IMG/VR virus record: IMGVR_UViG_3300030390_000715
Coordinates: 88,754 to 152,753 of that record
Origin: a virus
Reading direction: 5' to 3' (one strand)
Length of the DNA: 64,000 nt
Positions 47,743 through 57,915 of this stretch are shown here, piece by piece. The stretch's first letter is position 1, and every line of letters begins with the position of its first letter. The position numbers were made by a program, and so were the translations under genes. The notes under the pieces were generated by a model that saw only the letters and a program-made list of their open reading frames with translations, was not told the origin of the DNA and did no database searches.

Positions 47743-48501
47743 ATGGCTAGCCCAACAACACGACAAACCTTAATCGATTTCTGCCTACGTAGGTTAGGGG
47801 AACCAGTGATTGAGATAAATGTGGATGAAGATCAGGTCGAAGATAAAGTCGATGACGCTCTTCAGAAATACCAAGAGTTTCATAGCGATGCGACTCTTAG
47901 AACGTATATAAAACATCAAATAACGGCTACGGATATAAGCAATGGTTGGATTCCTCTGCCATCTTCTGTTCAATGGGTCAAGCGATTGTTTCCTATTAAT
48001 ACTACATTCGGTTCTGGTGGCGGTGATATGTTTAATATCAAGTATCAGATGATGTTTAATAATATGGGAGACTTTTTGAGTTTCGCAGGTGACTTGAGTT
48101 ACATCTATCAGATGGAACAATATATGAGCCTAATCGATTCTCAACTATCGGGCTTGCCTCAAGTTAGACATGCTCGTAGACAAGAGCGTTTATATATTGA
48201 TGGTGATTTAACAGACGGTGATATCCTTGAAGGCGATTTCGTTATCGCTGAAGTCTATCAAATAATTGATCCTAATGTATATAATACTATCTGGAATGAT
48301 ATGTTCATAAAGGATTATACTACACAATTAATAAAACAGCAATGGGGCATTAACATGTCCAAATTCGAGGGTATGCAACTTCCAGGTGGTGTCACGGTTA
48401 GTGGTCGCCAAATGTATGAAGATGCCACTGCCGAACTAGAAAGATTGGAAGAGAAACTTCGACTTGAGCAAGAATTGCCTGTCGATTTCTTCATAGGATA
48501 A
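47743..48501 (+). CDS. gp13: Neck protein
   Basis: CLRRLGEPVIEINV and KQQWGINMSKFEGMQLPGGVT; CATAAATA late-promoter variant at 47712. Confidence 0.92.
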   Translation: MASPTTRQTLIDFCLRRLGEPVIEINVDEDQVEDKVDDALQKYQEFHSDATLRTYIKHQITATDISNGWIPLPSSVQWVKRLFPINTTFGSGGGDMFNIKYQMMFNNMGDFLSFAGDLSYIYQMEQYMSLIDSQLSGLPQVRHARRQERLYIDGDLTDGDILEGDFVIAEVYQIIDPNVYNTIWNDMFIKDYTTQLIKQQWGINMSKFEGMQLPGGVTVSGRQMYEDATAELERLEEKLRLEQELPVDFFIG

Positions 48502-48503
48502 CA

Positions 48504-49406
48504 ATGGCAACTAATCTTTACTTCTCACAAGGCAGACAGTCCGAGCAATTACTATACGAAGATATCATTATCGAATCTTTGAAAATGTACGGGCAGGACG
48601 TTTACTATATTCCGCGCGACTTAGTTAACAAAGACACCATCTTTGGCGACGATAGTACCTCACGTTTCGATGCCGCTTATCGTATAGAAATGTACGTCGA
48701 AGGCGTCGAAGGTTTTGATGGTGACGGTGACTTATTCGCTAAGTTTGGTGTCGAGATAAGAGATGCCGCTACATTTATTATGGCACGTAGACGATGGCTT
48801 AATACTGTAGGTACCGTCGAGAATGCATTAGACGAGCCGTTTTATCGCCCACGCGAAGGCGATTTAATAGTGTTGACTCTTTCTAATTCTATTTTTGAGA
48901 TACAGAAGGTAGAAGACGAATCACCGTTTTATCAATTGAAGGATTTACCTGTATTCCGTATGAGATGTGAATTGTTTGAATATAATGATGAAGATTTTGA
49001 TACGGGTGTTGCCGCGATTGATGCCGTTGAATCAGCACATGCATATACTACAATTCTCACATTCGATCAAACAACATTCTCAATTGCTAATAGTACATAC
49101 ACTCTTGGCGAAGAATTAAGTCAGGATAATGGCACGTACACCATGAAAGGTGAAGTCGCTCATATTGACGCGTCTGTTCCTGGTACATATAAACTATCGA
49201 TAGCGCATACTGGTGCGACTGACGGTGAATATCATGTATGGTCAACCACCGATCCTGTCGTCGGAGCGGATTCACTTGTATCTGAAATACCACTTACTAA
49301 CACTGGTGAAGATTTACAAGAGGGTAATCAAAACGATATCTTTGATGATGTTGCTGATGACTTTATGGACTTTTCAGAGTCTAATCCGTTTGGAGATCCT
49401 ATCTAA
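48504..49406 (+). CDS. gp14: Neck protein
   Basis: ESLKMYGQDVYYIPR, KFGVEIRD, RPREGDLI, PFYQL and DFSESNPFG. Confidence 0.92.
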   Translation: MATNLYFSQGRQSEQLLYEDIIIESLKMYGQDVYYIPRDLVNKDTIFGDDSTSRFDAAYRIEMYVEGVEGFDGDGDLFAKFGVEIRDAATFIMARRRWLNTVGTVENALDEPFYRPREGDLIVLTLSNSIFEIQKVEDESPFYQLKDLPVFRMRCELFEYNDEDFDTGVAAIDAVESAHAYTTILTFDQTTFSIANSTYTLGEELSQDNGTYTMKGEVAHIDASVPGTYKLSIAHTGATDGEYHVWSTTDPVVGADSLVSEIPLTNTGEDLQEGNQNDIFDDVADDFMDFSESNPFGDPI

Positions 49407-50689
49407 TGTTCGGCACTCATTTTTATCACCAAAGAATTCGAAAGGCTGTAGCTGTATTTGGTTCACTGTTTAATAACCTTAATGTTATACGCAAGAATAG
49501 CACAGGCGAAGTAATTAGTCAAGTAAAAGTTCCTCTTTCTTATGCACCCAAAAGAGACTTTATAGCTCGAATGGATGAAATGCTCAATACAGAAACGAAC
49601 GAAAGACAAATAGCATTGAAGTTGCCAAGAATGTCGTTCGAGATTGTCGCGCTTCAGCATGATCCAACTAGACAAATGCCTAGAAATAACACATGCATAA
49701 AAGCACCTTCGACATATAACGGTAAAGCTACGCAGTTATATTCTCCTGTACCGTACAACGTATACTTTCAGCTAAATGTCTATGGAAAAAGTCAAGACGA
49801 TGTTCTTCAGATAATCGAACAGATCGTACCGTATTTTACACCGACATATACTGTAACAGTAAAGCCGCTCGATGATTTCGATGTTAAAGAAGACACTCCT
49901 ATAGCATTAACAGGACTAACCTTTTCTGATGACTACGAAGGCTCTATCGAACAACGACGATCAATAATCTATACATTAGATTTCGAAATGAAAATGAATA
50001 TGTGGGCAAACAATAATACAGCAAAAAGCAAGAAAATCATTGAATCTGCTACTGTATCTGTTACTGATATGGACGGTAATAACCTGTTCGATACTAAAGT
50101 GTTAGCCAATGTAATAACAGGAAATAGCGGTGTACTTGCAACTGAAGATGCTGGTACTATCACCGAAATCCTAAAGATCGAAAATATTCAGAGTGCGGTT
50201 TCAACTGTCTCGGCTTCTTCACCCACATCTGGTGTCGCCTCTGCAACGATCATCGGTGTTGTTACATCAGGAGGCACTACCTCAGCGAATGTCTCATGGG
50301 TCTATACTCCTGATCCAGACTTTTCGGGTAGCGATTCGTTTGTCATTACATTAAATCTTGTCGACGGAACGAGCAATACAGTGACAATTAATACCACGGT
50401 CACTGACGCCGTGATTGATGGAATTAGCGATGCGTTCGCAATTACACTTAATACGACTACCGCTATTAATGTCGGTGCTAACGATACATTCGAGTCTGCT
50501 ACGGTTGTTTATACGATACCAGTTGGTGGACAACCCGACAACGGTTCGGTGACAATAACTAATTCAGCTACCGGTGCTATGACTTATACGCCCGAGACAG
50601 GATTCGTGGGAACAGATGTATTCACCTATACAGCTACGCCCGCTACTGGTCAAGCAGAAAATGTAAGTGTTACATTAACAGTGACATAA
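49406..50689 (+). CDS. gp15: Tail sheath stabiliser/terminator with C-terminal Ig-like (cadherin/Big_9-like) domains
   Basis: FGSLFN, KVPLSYAPK, LPRMSFE and QIIEQIVPYF; then YTPDPDFSGSDSF and YTPETGFVGTDVFTYT. Confidence 0.88.
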   Translation: MFGTHFYHQRIRKAVAVFGSLFNNLNVIRKNSTGEVISQVKVPLSYAPKRDFIARMDEMLNTETNERQIALKLPRMSFEIVALQHDPTRQMPRNNTCIKAPSTYNGKATQLYSPVPYNVYFQLNVYGKSQDDVLQIIEQIVPYFTPTYTVTVKPLDDFDVKEDTPIALTGLTFSDDYEGSIEQRRSIIYTLDFEMKMNMWANNNTAKSKKIIESATVSVTDMDGNNLFDTKVLANVITGNSGVLATEDAGTITEILKIENIQSAVSTVSASSPTSGVASATIIGVVTSGGTTSANVSWVYTPDPDFSGSDSFVITLNLVDGTSNTVTINTTVTDAVIDGISDAFAITLNTTTAINVGANDTFESATVVYTIPVGGQPDNGSVTITNSATGAMTYTPETGFVGTDVFTYTATPATGQAENVSVTLTVT

Positions 50690-50694
50690 AACAG

Positions 50695-50702
50695 TATAAA
50701 TA
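50695..50702 (+). promoter_or_regulatory. T4-type late promoter
   Basis: TATAAATA. Confidence 0.75.
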
Positions 50703-50731
50703 GAATAAGAAATACAATCTGAGGAAGTGAC

Positions 50732-52309
50732 ATGGCAGGCGTAAAGGTAACCGATTTAGACTCCGCAACTGGCGTACCAGCGGTAGATGATATTCTAATA
50801 ATTGTCGATAGAGACACGAATATCACAAAACAAATTAAAGCTGGCGACCTGCTTTTAGGGCAAACAGCTAACCAGTCGAATCAAGTTTTTCTAACAACCT
50901 CTACCGAAGCAAACAATAAAGTTTTCTTTGGTAATGGCGCTAACGGTGAATACGACTCGGTAAATATCAGCGACGATTTTACGTATGACGCAAGCACAGG
51001 CGAGTTAGCGGCAACGCGCTTTGCTGGTAGCGGAGCTGATCTGACTGACTTACCCACAAATGCTCCTGTTGTTAATGCTGTCGATGCTGGCGCAGATGAC
51101 GATGGTTATCATCTAATGATTCGTAAAGCCGCTACTGGTGAGGATAGCGTACAGACTGCTAGTAATTTACTATTTAATCCTAATACTGGTATTTTTAGTG
51201 CTCCTTTTGTTGCAGGTGATGGCAGCCAGCTAACAGGCGTAAAGGCAGATAGTGCGCTAGTAGCCGCTTCTGCTTTAAGCGCGAACTTTGCTGTCGATGC
51301 CACGAACGCAGATAGTGCGCTAGTAGCCGCTTCTGCTTTATTAGCGGCTCGTGCAACAATCGCAGATAGTGCCGCGCTTGCGGCTCTAGCAGTTCGAGCA
51401 AACTTAGCCACTTACGCACTTGCCGCAGATAGTGCAATAGCATCTTCTACCACACTATTAGCAGATAGAAGTACAAACGTCATTGCTGTAGCCGCTACCA
51501 GTGAAACTGCTGTTTATCCTATTTTAGTTGATGGTCTTACGGGCAAACAACTGCCACTCACAGACGGTGCTCTAGTTTATGATCCACAGACCGAAACATT
51601 ATCAGTAACAAATATTACTGGTGATGGTTCTGGATTAACAAACTTACCGCTTACTGCTAGTGGTGTTGTTGCGACGGCTGTTAATGTTACTCCTACCGCA
51701 GTAGCCGCCTCACACTCTATCATATTTACACAAAGCCCGACTGGTGTAGATAGCGTAAACACTGACCCAGATTTTACATATAATCCATCGACCAATCTAT
51801 TATCTGTTCTCAACATAGCTGGTAACGGTTCTTTGTTAACAGAAGTTCCGGCTGTATCAATCACATCTAAAACAGGTCCTAGCACAGGTACACAATACCT
51901 ATTAATGAAGGCTAACCAGACGGGCGATGATTCAGTAACTACCGATGCGGGCGCAGTATGGGACGCGGCTACTGATACTATGTCATTTACTAATGTAGCA
52001 GGTAACGGAGCTGGATTAACTAACGTGGCGGCTCTTTCAGCTACTAATGCCACAAACATTGCTGTAACTTCTGTCGATAGTAACGCTACGTACTACATAC
52101 ATTTCGGCTCTGGTGCTTCAGGTAATGATAACGTAAACGTCGATTTGGATCTTACGTATAATCCAAGCACTAATGTTTTGGGTGCTGACAATCTTTTTGT
52201 CTCTGATAGCGCAGGATTATGGTCTGGCACTGCGCCAGTGACAACTAATGACGCTATCAATAGATTAGCATATCGAGTTAAAGTTCTGAATGGCGGAACA
52301 CCCGCATAA
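50732..52309 (+). CDS. Repeat-containing fibre-like protein
   Basis: About six repeats of [FL]TY[ND]PxTxxL...G[DN]GSxLT, an Ala-rich ADSAL segment, and a 33-bp direct repeat at 51245-51277 / 51308-51340. Confidence 0.65.
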   Translation: MAGVKVTDLDSATGVPAVDDILIIVDRDTNITKQIKAGDLLLGQTANQSNQVFLTTSTEANNKVFFGNGANGEYDSVNISDDFTYDASTGELAATRFAGSGADLTDLPTNAPVVNAVDAGADDDGYHLMIRKAATGEDSVQTASNLLFNPNTGIFSAPFVAGDGSQLTGVKADSALVAASALSANFAVDATNADSALVAASALLAARATIADSAALAALAVRANLATYALAADSAIASSTTLLADRSTNVIAVAATSETAVYPILVDGLTGKQLPLTDGALVYDPQTETLSVTNITGDGSGLTNLPLTASGVVATAVNVTPTAVAASHSIIFTQSPTGVDSVNTDPDFTYNPSTNLLSVLNIAGNGSLLTEVPAVSITSKTGPSTGTQYLLMKANQTGDDSVTTDAGAVWDAATDTMSFTNVAGNGAGLTNVAALSATNATNIAVTSVDSNATYYIHFGSGASGNDNVNVDLDLTYNPSTNVLGADNLFVSDSAGLWSGTAPVTTNDAINRLAYRVKVLNGGTPA

Positions 52310-52347
52310 GAACGCAACTAAATAACAGAAAGTAATGAGGAAATGAA

Positions 52348-52803
52348 ATGGCAGACATTAAGTTATCAGCCCTACCAACACTAACACAGTCCGAAGACGG
52401 CGACTTCCTTGTAATCAATGATGCCAGTACAGGCTCGACTAAGAAGATTACTCGACTTAATTTGATTGGTCATTTAGCTACGCAAATTCGCGATTCTGCT
52501 GATGGTGGTATTGTCATTCCTAATGGTGATCTCACCATCGCGAACGAGCTAAAAGCTGGAGGAGACATATCAACTGCTGGTAAAGTCAAGTTTGGTATGC
52601 TAACAGATTTTGTAAGCGGCTCATATGCAACTGGTATTGTTGATAGCGAAGGTGGAATGGTGTTAGTCGATAGCGCAGTTCCAACAACATTAGCCGCAAG
52701 AGCATATTCTCCTGCTGATACAACAAAATGGACAGGCACTGATCCTACTACGATAAAAGAAGCATTAGATAGAATAGCGGCTGCCCTTGGTCCTATAGCA
52801 TAA
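52348..52803 (+). CDS. Small fibre-like protein sharing termini with the upstream ORF
   Basis: N-terminal K(V/L)(T/S)xL...D....TK.I and C-terminal WxGTxPxTxx(D/E)A(I/L)xR(L/I)A are shared with 50732..52309. Confidence 0.6.
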   Translation: MADIKLSALPTLTQSEDGDFLVINDASTGSTKKITRLNLIGHLATQIRDSADGGIVIPNGDLTIANELKAGGDISTAGKVKFGMLTDFVSGSYATGIVDSEGGMVLVDSAVPTTLAARAYSPADTTKWTGTDPTTIKEALDRIAAALGPIA

Positions 52804-55800
52804 TGGCTCATACACCGTTTTCTGATAAAGGCAGACGCCATCTAAATCTAAGACAAAATCAGATTGAAGGTGTTTTGCCTGACCACTTTAAGGAATACTA
52901 TCCTAAATTCTTGGGGCTATTAAATCAGTACTACGAGTGGCAAGATCAATACGCTTCGACCGAATTGCTGTCACACCTCTTTAGTACTCGCGACATTAGC
53001 GAAACTGATATATCCCTATTGTCTTATATCGAAGATGAATTGCTATTAGGCGATACTTACTTCGAGGGATTTGGACAGACCGAATCAGAGAAACGAGCCG
53101 CGGCTAACTTCTCTAGCACTCTATTTCGAGCTAAAGGCTCTAAGTTCGCTATCGAATGGTTCTTTAGATCGTTCTACGGATTCGATGCAGAAGTAATCTA
53201 TCCAAAAGAAAACATATTCAAGACAAGTGAAAGCGGATCGCTCATTGGTCCGGACTCGCTAAGGTACTTGACTAATGACGAGCTATATCAAACATTCGCA
53301 ATTCTTATTAAAGTTGGCGTACCGATATCGAAGTGGCGAGACATATTTAAGAAGTTTGCACATCCTGCAGGAATGTATCTTGGCGGTGAAGTATTATTGA
53401 CTTCCGATGCTATATCTGCTATACTAATTGATGATCAAGACATTAAACAACGACCTACGACTTCCTATGCGCTCACCGCTGATGTGGACGTTAGTTCTGG
53501 CAGTTCTGTACTATTTGAAGGGCAGACTGCGACATTCACGCTCACTGGATCTGACGTAGTTGACGGAATCGATGCTGTCAATTGGCATATTGAACATGTC
53601 ACTACTGACAATGATGATTTCCCTAGTACGCCACCTTTAGTTGACTCTAAGGAACCTCTCAATATTAATAGTAGCACAGGCACTTTTCAAGTCACAACTT
53701 GGATTACAGATGCTACGGTAGAAGCTGATGAATCGTATATCGTAAAGATTACCGATCAAGAGGGTAGAGCATTAACTGAACTATCAGTGACAGTCAAGAA
53801 TAGGGTTCCAGCCTACACACTGACACCATCTACTTCAACATTAAACGAAGGAGATACTGCTACATTCACTATCGCAGGAACTAATGTTCCATATTCTGGT
53901 AGCACAACTTTACAATGGTATGTTTCACATACATCTACCGCAGACGCTGACTTTGTGCCTAACCCACCCCCACTTTCAGCCTCTAAACAATCTGTTACGA
54001 TATCTGATAGTCAAGGCACGTTTGATGTTAGACTTTCGATAGATGGTGCTAGTGAAGGTTCGGAGTCGTTTGACGTTATACTCGTTGATGCAGTAGGAAC
54101 AGTATTAGCGACTCAAACAATTACAACCGTTGATGTTGTTAGTGCATATTCTGTCACTGTAGCCGATATAGTAGAAGGCTCCCAAGTAGAGATTAGTATT
54201 GCAGTGAATGCTTCGGAAGTTGGCGATAGCTTTACCTATGTCATTACTGGCGGAGATACTAGATTATCCCAGACTACAGATACATTCACGATTACAAGTA
54301 GCCCGTTCGTTCGAATATTCGATACAACATCCTCGGGCGCATTCGAAGGCTCAACTACTTCTACAGTCACCGTCACGAATAATAATACGACTGTTCAAGT
54401 CTCTGACACGTTCGCTATTACGGACGCTACACCTACATTCGAGATAGTTGCTAGTCCAGCCTCAGCCGGTGAAGGTGATACGGTTGCATTTACACTTAAC
54501 GGTACTAATGTGCCTACTCAAGTGTATTACTGGAATCTAACCCACGGCTCTACTGTAGATGCAGACTTCAGTTCACCCGCTGGAGTATTAGATGGTTCGA
54601 CTAGAATAGCTAGTGGATCTATCGGAGCTGGTGGAAGTCTAGGCTCTTTAGTATTTGCTACTGACTCTGAAGTGGGTGATGAAACATTCACATTCAATCT
54701 ATACACAGACAACACCGTACCTGGTACCGTAGTTGCTAGTCTACCTTTCGTTATCGAAGGTACAGGAACGACAAATGTTATCACGCTAGACAAATCTACA
54801 ATGACCGAAGATGGTGATAGCATTGTTAATACGTTCACAACATCTTTAGGTGATGGCGATTATTACTTTTTCATCGATGGAGCCCAAAGTCCTACTTCCG
54901 ATTTCGTAGACGGAGAATTTTGGAATTCGGGTGATAGAAAACCATTTAATGTTACTAGCGGAGTCGGTACGTACACCATAACAACATTAGCTGATCTTAC
55001 ATTCGAATCGTCAGAAGTGTTTGTCACTAAAGTTTCGGCTACTGCAAATGGTGCGATATTAGCGACATCACCTAACATTACTGTTACGAACACTTCTTCA
55101 CAGTCCTACACGGTATCCGTACCCTATTTTATCGTCGAAGGAAATACGGTCAATCTTGAGGTTGTATCTGATGGACCTAGCGAAGTATTATTCATTGAAT
55201 TGACTGGTGACGTTTCACAGATTAGCGCAACGCAAGCAACTGCGGCATCTACAGCCCAAGGAACTAAAGTATTCTCGTTCGCAACAACAACGTCGGATAC
55301 ATATTCAGGTACACAAAATATCACGATTACTGTCGGTCGAGGTAATTACGTGAATTCTGGTGGAACGCAAGTTGCAACCACTACATTCACCCTCAATGAT
55401 CAAAATCCTGTAGCCACTCTCACTCCCTCGGACTTATCTCCTAGCGAAGGTGATACAGTGACGTTTAACTTAGCCGGAACAAATCTAGCAGACGGAACTT
55501 ATTACTACAGAGATGATACTAAGGTAAAACCGGTTCGTGTCTCGTTAGGAAGTTCTTCGGGCTCTTCTTCTATTAATATGTCATCTACCGATCTGGCTAA
55601 ACTGCAACTCGGCATGCAAACATTAGATGTTAATGTTGTGGGAACAATCACTGGGATATTCAGCTCCAGCGTTACCCTATCAACGCCTAACACACGAGAT
55701 ACTATAACTGGTGAGATATTACACTTTATTTTACCGGAAGATATCGAAGATGTCGATAATGCAACTCATTTTGGCTCGTTCGCTGTTACGAGTGGCACAG

Positions 55801-56522
55801 GATCTTTTGAAGTTGATTTCGCTACTAATACAGACTTCTCTAATGACGAGCATGACTTTAGCGTCTATTCTTCAGGCTCACCTGCTGTTGCTTACGAAGG
55901 ATCGCTTATCGCTACTGCGGCTACGGTAACGGTACAAGATCAAACGCCATTTACTATACAATTTACTGATAACGCCCTTAATGACACAGGCACAGGCGAT
56001 ATATTCCCTGGTGGTTCGGGCACAAATACTGCGGCTGAATCGTCCACTAAATTCGCGATGAATCGTGATGGTACGATTGGTAATACAACTAATCAATCGA
56101 CTAATCCACAGACTACAGAAACTAATGATTGGATAAATCCTCCAAGTTCAAGATTCAGTACCGCCGGTGATCAATTCCAAGTGAGAGTTCGTGCGTGGGA
56201 AAATGCCGCAAGAACAATACCATGTACAGCTGGTGATCAAGATCAGAACACAGCAAGCTTTCAAACTGCTGTATGGACATTAAGCGGTAATTTAGGTTCG
56301 ACAACTTGGCAACCTGGTAGCTCAAATCAATGGCACAATCTTTCTTCGAATGTATTGATTGAACTTGATGGATATAGAAGCGGTGGAGGTTCTGAAAATC
56401 TCACCATTTACTTGACGCTAGAAGTCAAAGGTTACTCTGGCACCTTAGGCTCAGGAACTACATACTTAACTAAGAATTTCACCATGGAAGGTGGCTTAAA
56501 CGTGATTGTGAATTCTAGATGA
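52803..56522 (+). CDS. gp7-like baseplate wedge protein fused to tandem Ig-like (Calx-beta-like) repeats
   Basis: LPDHFKEYYPKF..LL..YYEW, AKGSKFAIEWFFR, YPKE and HPAGMYLGGE, then repeated EG(D/Q)TxTFTxxGT(N/D)V units. Confidence 0.65.
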   Translation: MAHTPFSDKGRRHLNLRQNQIEGVLPDHFKEYYPKFLGLLNQYYEWQDQYASTELLSHLFSTRDISETDISLLSYIEDELLLGDTYFEGFGQTESEKRAAANFSSTLFRAKGSKFAIEWFFRSFYGFDAEVIYPKENIFKTSESGSLIGPDSLRYLTNDELYQTFAILIKVGVPISKWRDIFKKFAHPAGMYLGGEVLLTSDAISAILIDDQDIKQRPTTSYALTADVDVSSGSSVLFEGQTATFTLTGSDVVDGIDAVNWHIEHVTTDNDDFPSTPPLVDSKEPLNINSSTGTFQVTTWITDATVEADESYIVKITDQEGRALTELSVTVKNRVPAYTLTPSTSTLNEGDTATFTIAGTNVPYSGSTTLQWYVSHTSTADADFVPNPPPLSASKQSVTISDSQGTFDVRLSIDGASEGSESFDVILVDAVGTVLATQTITTVDVVSAYSVTVADIVEGSQVEISIAVNASEVGDSFTYVITGGDTRLSQTTDTFTITSSPFVRIFDTTSSGAFEGSTTSTVTVTNNNTTVQVSDTFAITDATPTFEIVASPASAGEGDTVAFTLNGTNVPTQVYYWNLTHGSTVDADFSSPAGVLDGSTRIASGSIGAGGSLGSLVFATDSEVGDETFTFNLYTDNTVPGTVVASLPFVIEGTGTTNVITLDKSTMTEDGDSIVNTFTTSLGDGDYYFFIDGAQSPTSDFVDGEFWNSGDRKPFNVTSGVGTYTITTLADLTFESSEVFVTKVSATANGAILATSPNITVTNTSSQSYTVSVPYFIVEGNTVNLEVVSDGPSEVLFIELTGDVSQISATQATAASTAQGTKVFSFATTTSDTYSGTQNITITVGRGNYVNSGGTQVATTTFTLNDQNPVATLTPSDLSPSEGDTVTFNLAGTNLADGTYYYRDDTKVKPVRVSLGSSSGSSSINMSSTDLAKLQLGMQTLDVNVVGTITGIFSSSVTLSTPNTRDTITGEILHFILPEDIEDVDNATHFGSFAVTSGTGSFEVDFATNTDFSNDEHDFSVYSSGSPAVAYEGSLIATAATVTVQDQTPFTIQFTDNALNDTGTGDIFPGGSGTNTAAESSTKFAMNRDGTIGNTTNQSTNPQTTETNDWINPPSSRFSTAGDQFQVRVRAWENAARTIPCTAGDQDQNTASFQTAVWTLSGNLGSTTWQPGSSNQWHNLSSNVLIELDGYRSGGGSENLTIYLTLEVKGYSGTLGSGTTYLTKNFTMEGGLNVIVNSR

Positions 56523-57418
56523 TTAAGCACTACAACTTAGACGAAGTGTTCTATGAAAAGGATAGTCTGGATAATACTTGGATGATCATCCATAGAGATC
56601 CAACGACTAACGAAATTACTGCGGCTTCACCGGTCATTCGGGCAAGTAATGGCGATATTGATTTCGCAAAGTCACAGGACTTTTTAGAAAATGCACATAT
56701 AAGATCGATTAGTCAAGCAGTAGATAGGTCCACTGCTAGACATAACAATCCAGCGGCTAATCTTTTCGTTAATAAACAAATAAAGCGCGTCGATTATCTC
56801 ATTGGCGAAGAAGAAGGTAAAGCTCTTCGTGCGATTGTCGAAGAAAGATTTCCTGAATATAAGATATGGAATAACTCTAAGAATGTTATAGGGACCTACG
56901 GTGCATATCGCGCACCTTACACCGCAGTCGAATCAATAAGTGTATATGATGTGACATTCGTAACAGGTCCAGATTATCAACCAAGTGACGAGTTATTTCA
57001 ACCACCCGAACGCTTTGGTGTCGACATAGTAAATACTTATCCTCAACGACGACCTTGGTACGGATGGAAATTTAATCTAGCCGATAATTCTGTATTATGC
57101 AAAGTCGTACATATTAATAAGGTAGAAGGTGTTGTTTATCCTCCCTTGGTGCATGAACAAGTTGGAACATACTACGGAACATTTCATTCAGAAGATGGCA
57201 CTATAAGTAATGATCGTGACATGTTCTTTTTTGGAACAATTTTGAATGTCGAGAGGTATTGTGAAGAGCATGGTTTAGATATGCCTTTATTTGATGAATT
57301 TGAAGATGGCTTTGTGCCATATGAACACATCTTCGTATGGGGAATAGGCTTTGATAGCACTACTGGTGTTCCTTATGTTATGAAAGCATACGAAGGGAGA
57401 GATGTCGAATGCAATTAA
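56519..57418 (+). CDS. Hypothetical protein
   Basis: 299-aa ORF coupled to its neighbours. Confidence 0.7.
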   Translation: MIKHYNLDEVFYEKDSLDNTWMIIHRDPTTNEITAASPVIRASNGDIDFAKSQDFLENAHIRSISQAVDRSTARHNNPAANLFVNKQIKRVDYLIGEEEGKALRAIVEERFPEYKIWNNSKNVIGTYGAYRAPYTAVESISVYDVTFVTGPDYQPSDELFQPPERFGVDIVNTYPQRRPWYGWKFNLADNSVLCKVVHINKVEGVVYPPLVHEQVGTYYGTFHSEDGTISNDRDMFFFGTILNVERYCEEHGLDMPLFDEFEDGFVPYEHIFVWGIGFDSTTGVPYVMKAYEGRDVECN

Positions 57419-57915
57419 ATATGGACATTACTGATATCGATGCGAAGTTTTGGAAAACAGTCGAACACGAGAAAAATATGACAAATGAAATAGTTGTAAT
57501 AGACCCAGTAATAGACGCAGAAGATACTGCTGATATGACAAAGCACGAACGTACAATGAAAACTGACTATGATATGGCTAAATCTAATCTTGTGCATCTT
57601 CTTAAAAATGGTAACGATGCTCTCGAAGATATGTTGTTGGTCGCTAAAGAAACCGAACATCCTAGAGCCTACGAGGTGTTATCAGGATTGTTGAAAAATA
57701 TCGCTGTAATCAATGACAGAATTATGGCATTGAATAAAGATTATATGGAAGTCACTGCTCCTAAATCTACTAGCGCGGTTCCTACGGCTGATGCCGGTCA
57801 GGGCACAACAAATAATAACGTATTCATTGGATCTGTCTCTGACCTTCAGAGAATGTTACAAGATGCTGATGACAACGAAAAGGTTATAGAATCAGATGTT
57901 ACCGAATCGAAATAG
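57409..57915 (+). CDS. gp16: Terminase small subunit
   Basis: DYDMAKSNL, EHPRAYEV and TTNNNVFIGSVSDLQRML. Confidence 0.9.
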   Translation: MQLNMDITDIDAKFWKTVEHEKNMTNEIVVIDPVIDAEDTADMTKHERTMKTDYDMAKSNLVHLLKNGNDALEDMLLVAKETEHPRAYEVLSGLLKNIAVINDRIMALNKDYMEVTAPKSTSAVPTADAGQGTTNNNVFIGSVSDLQRMLQDADDNEKVIESDVTESK

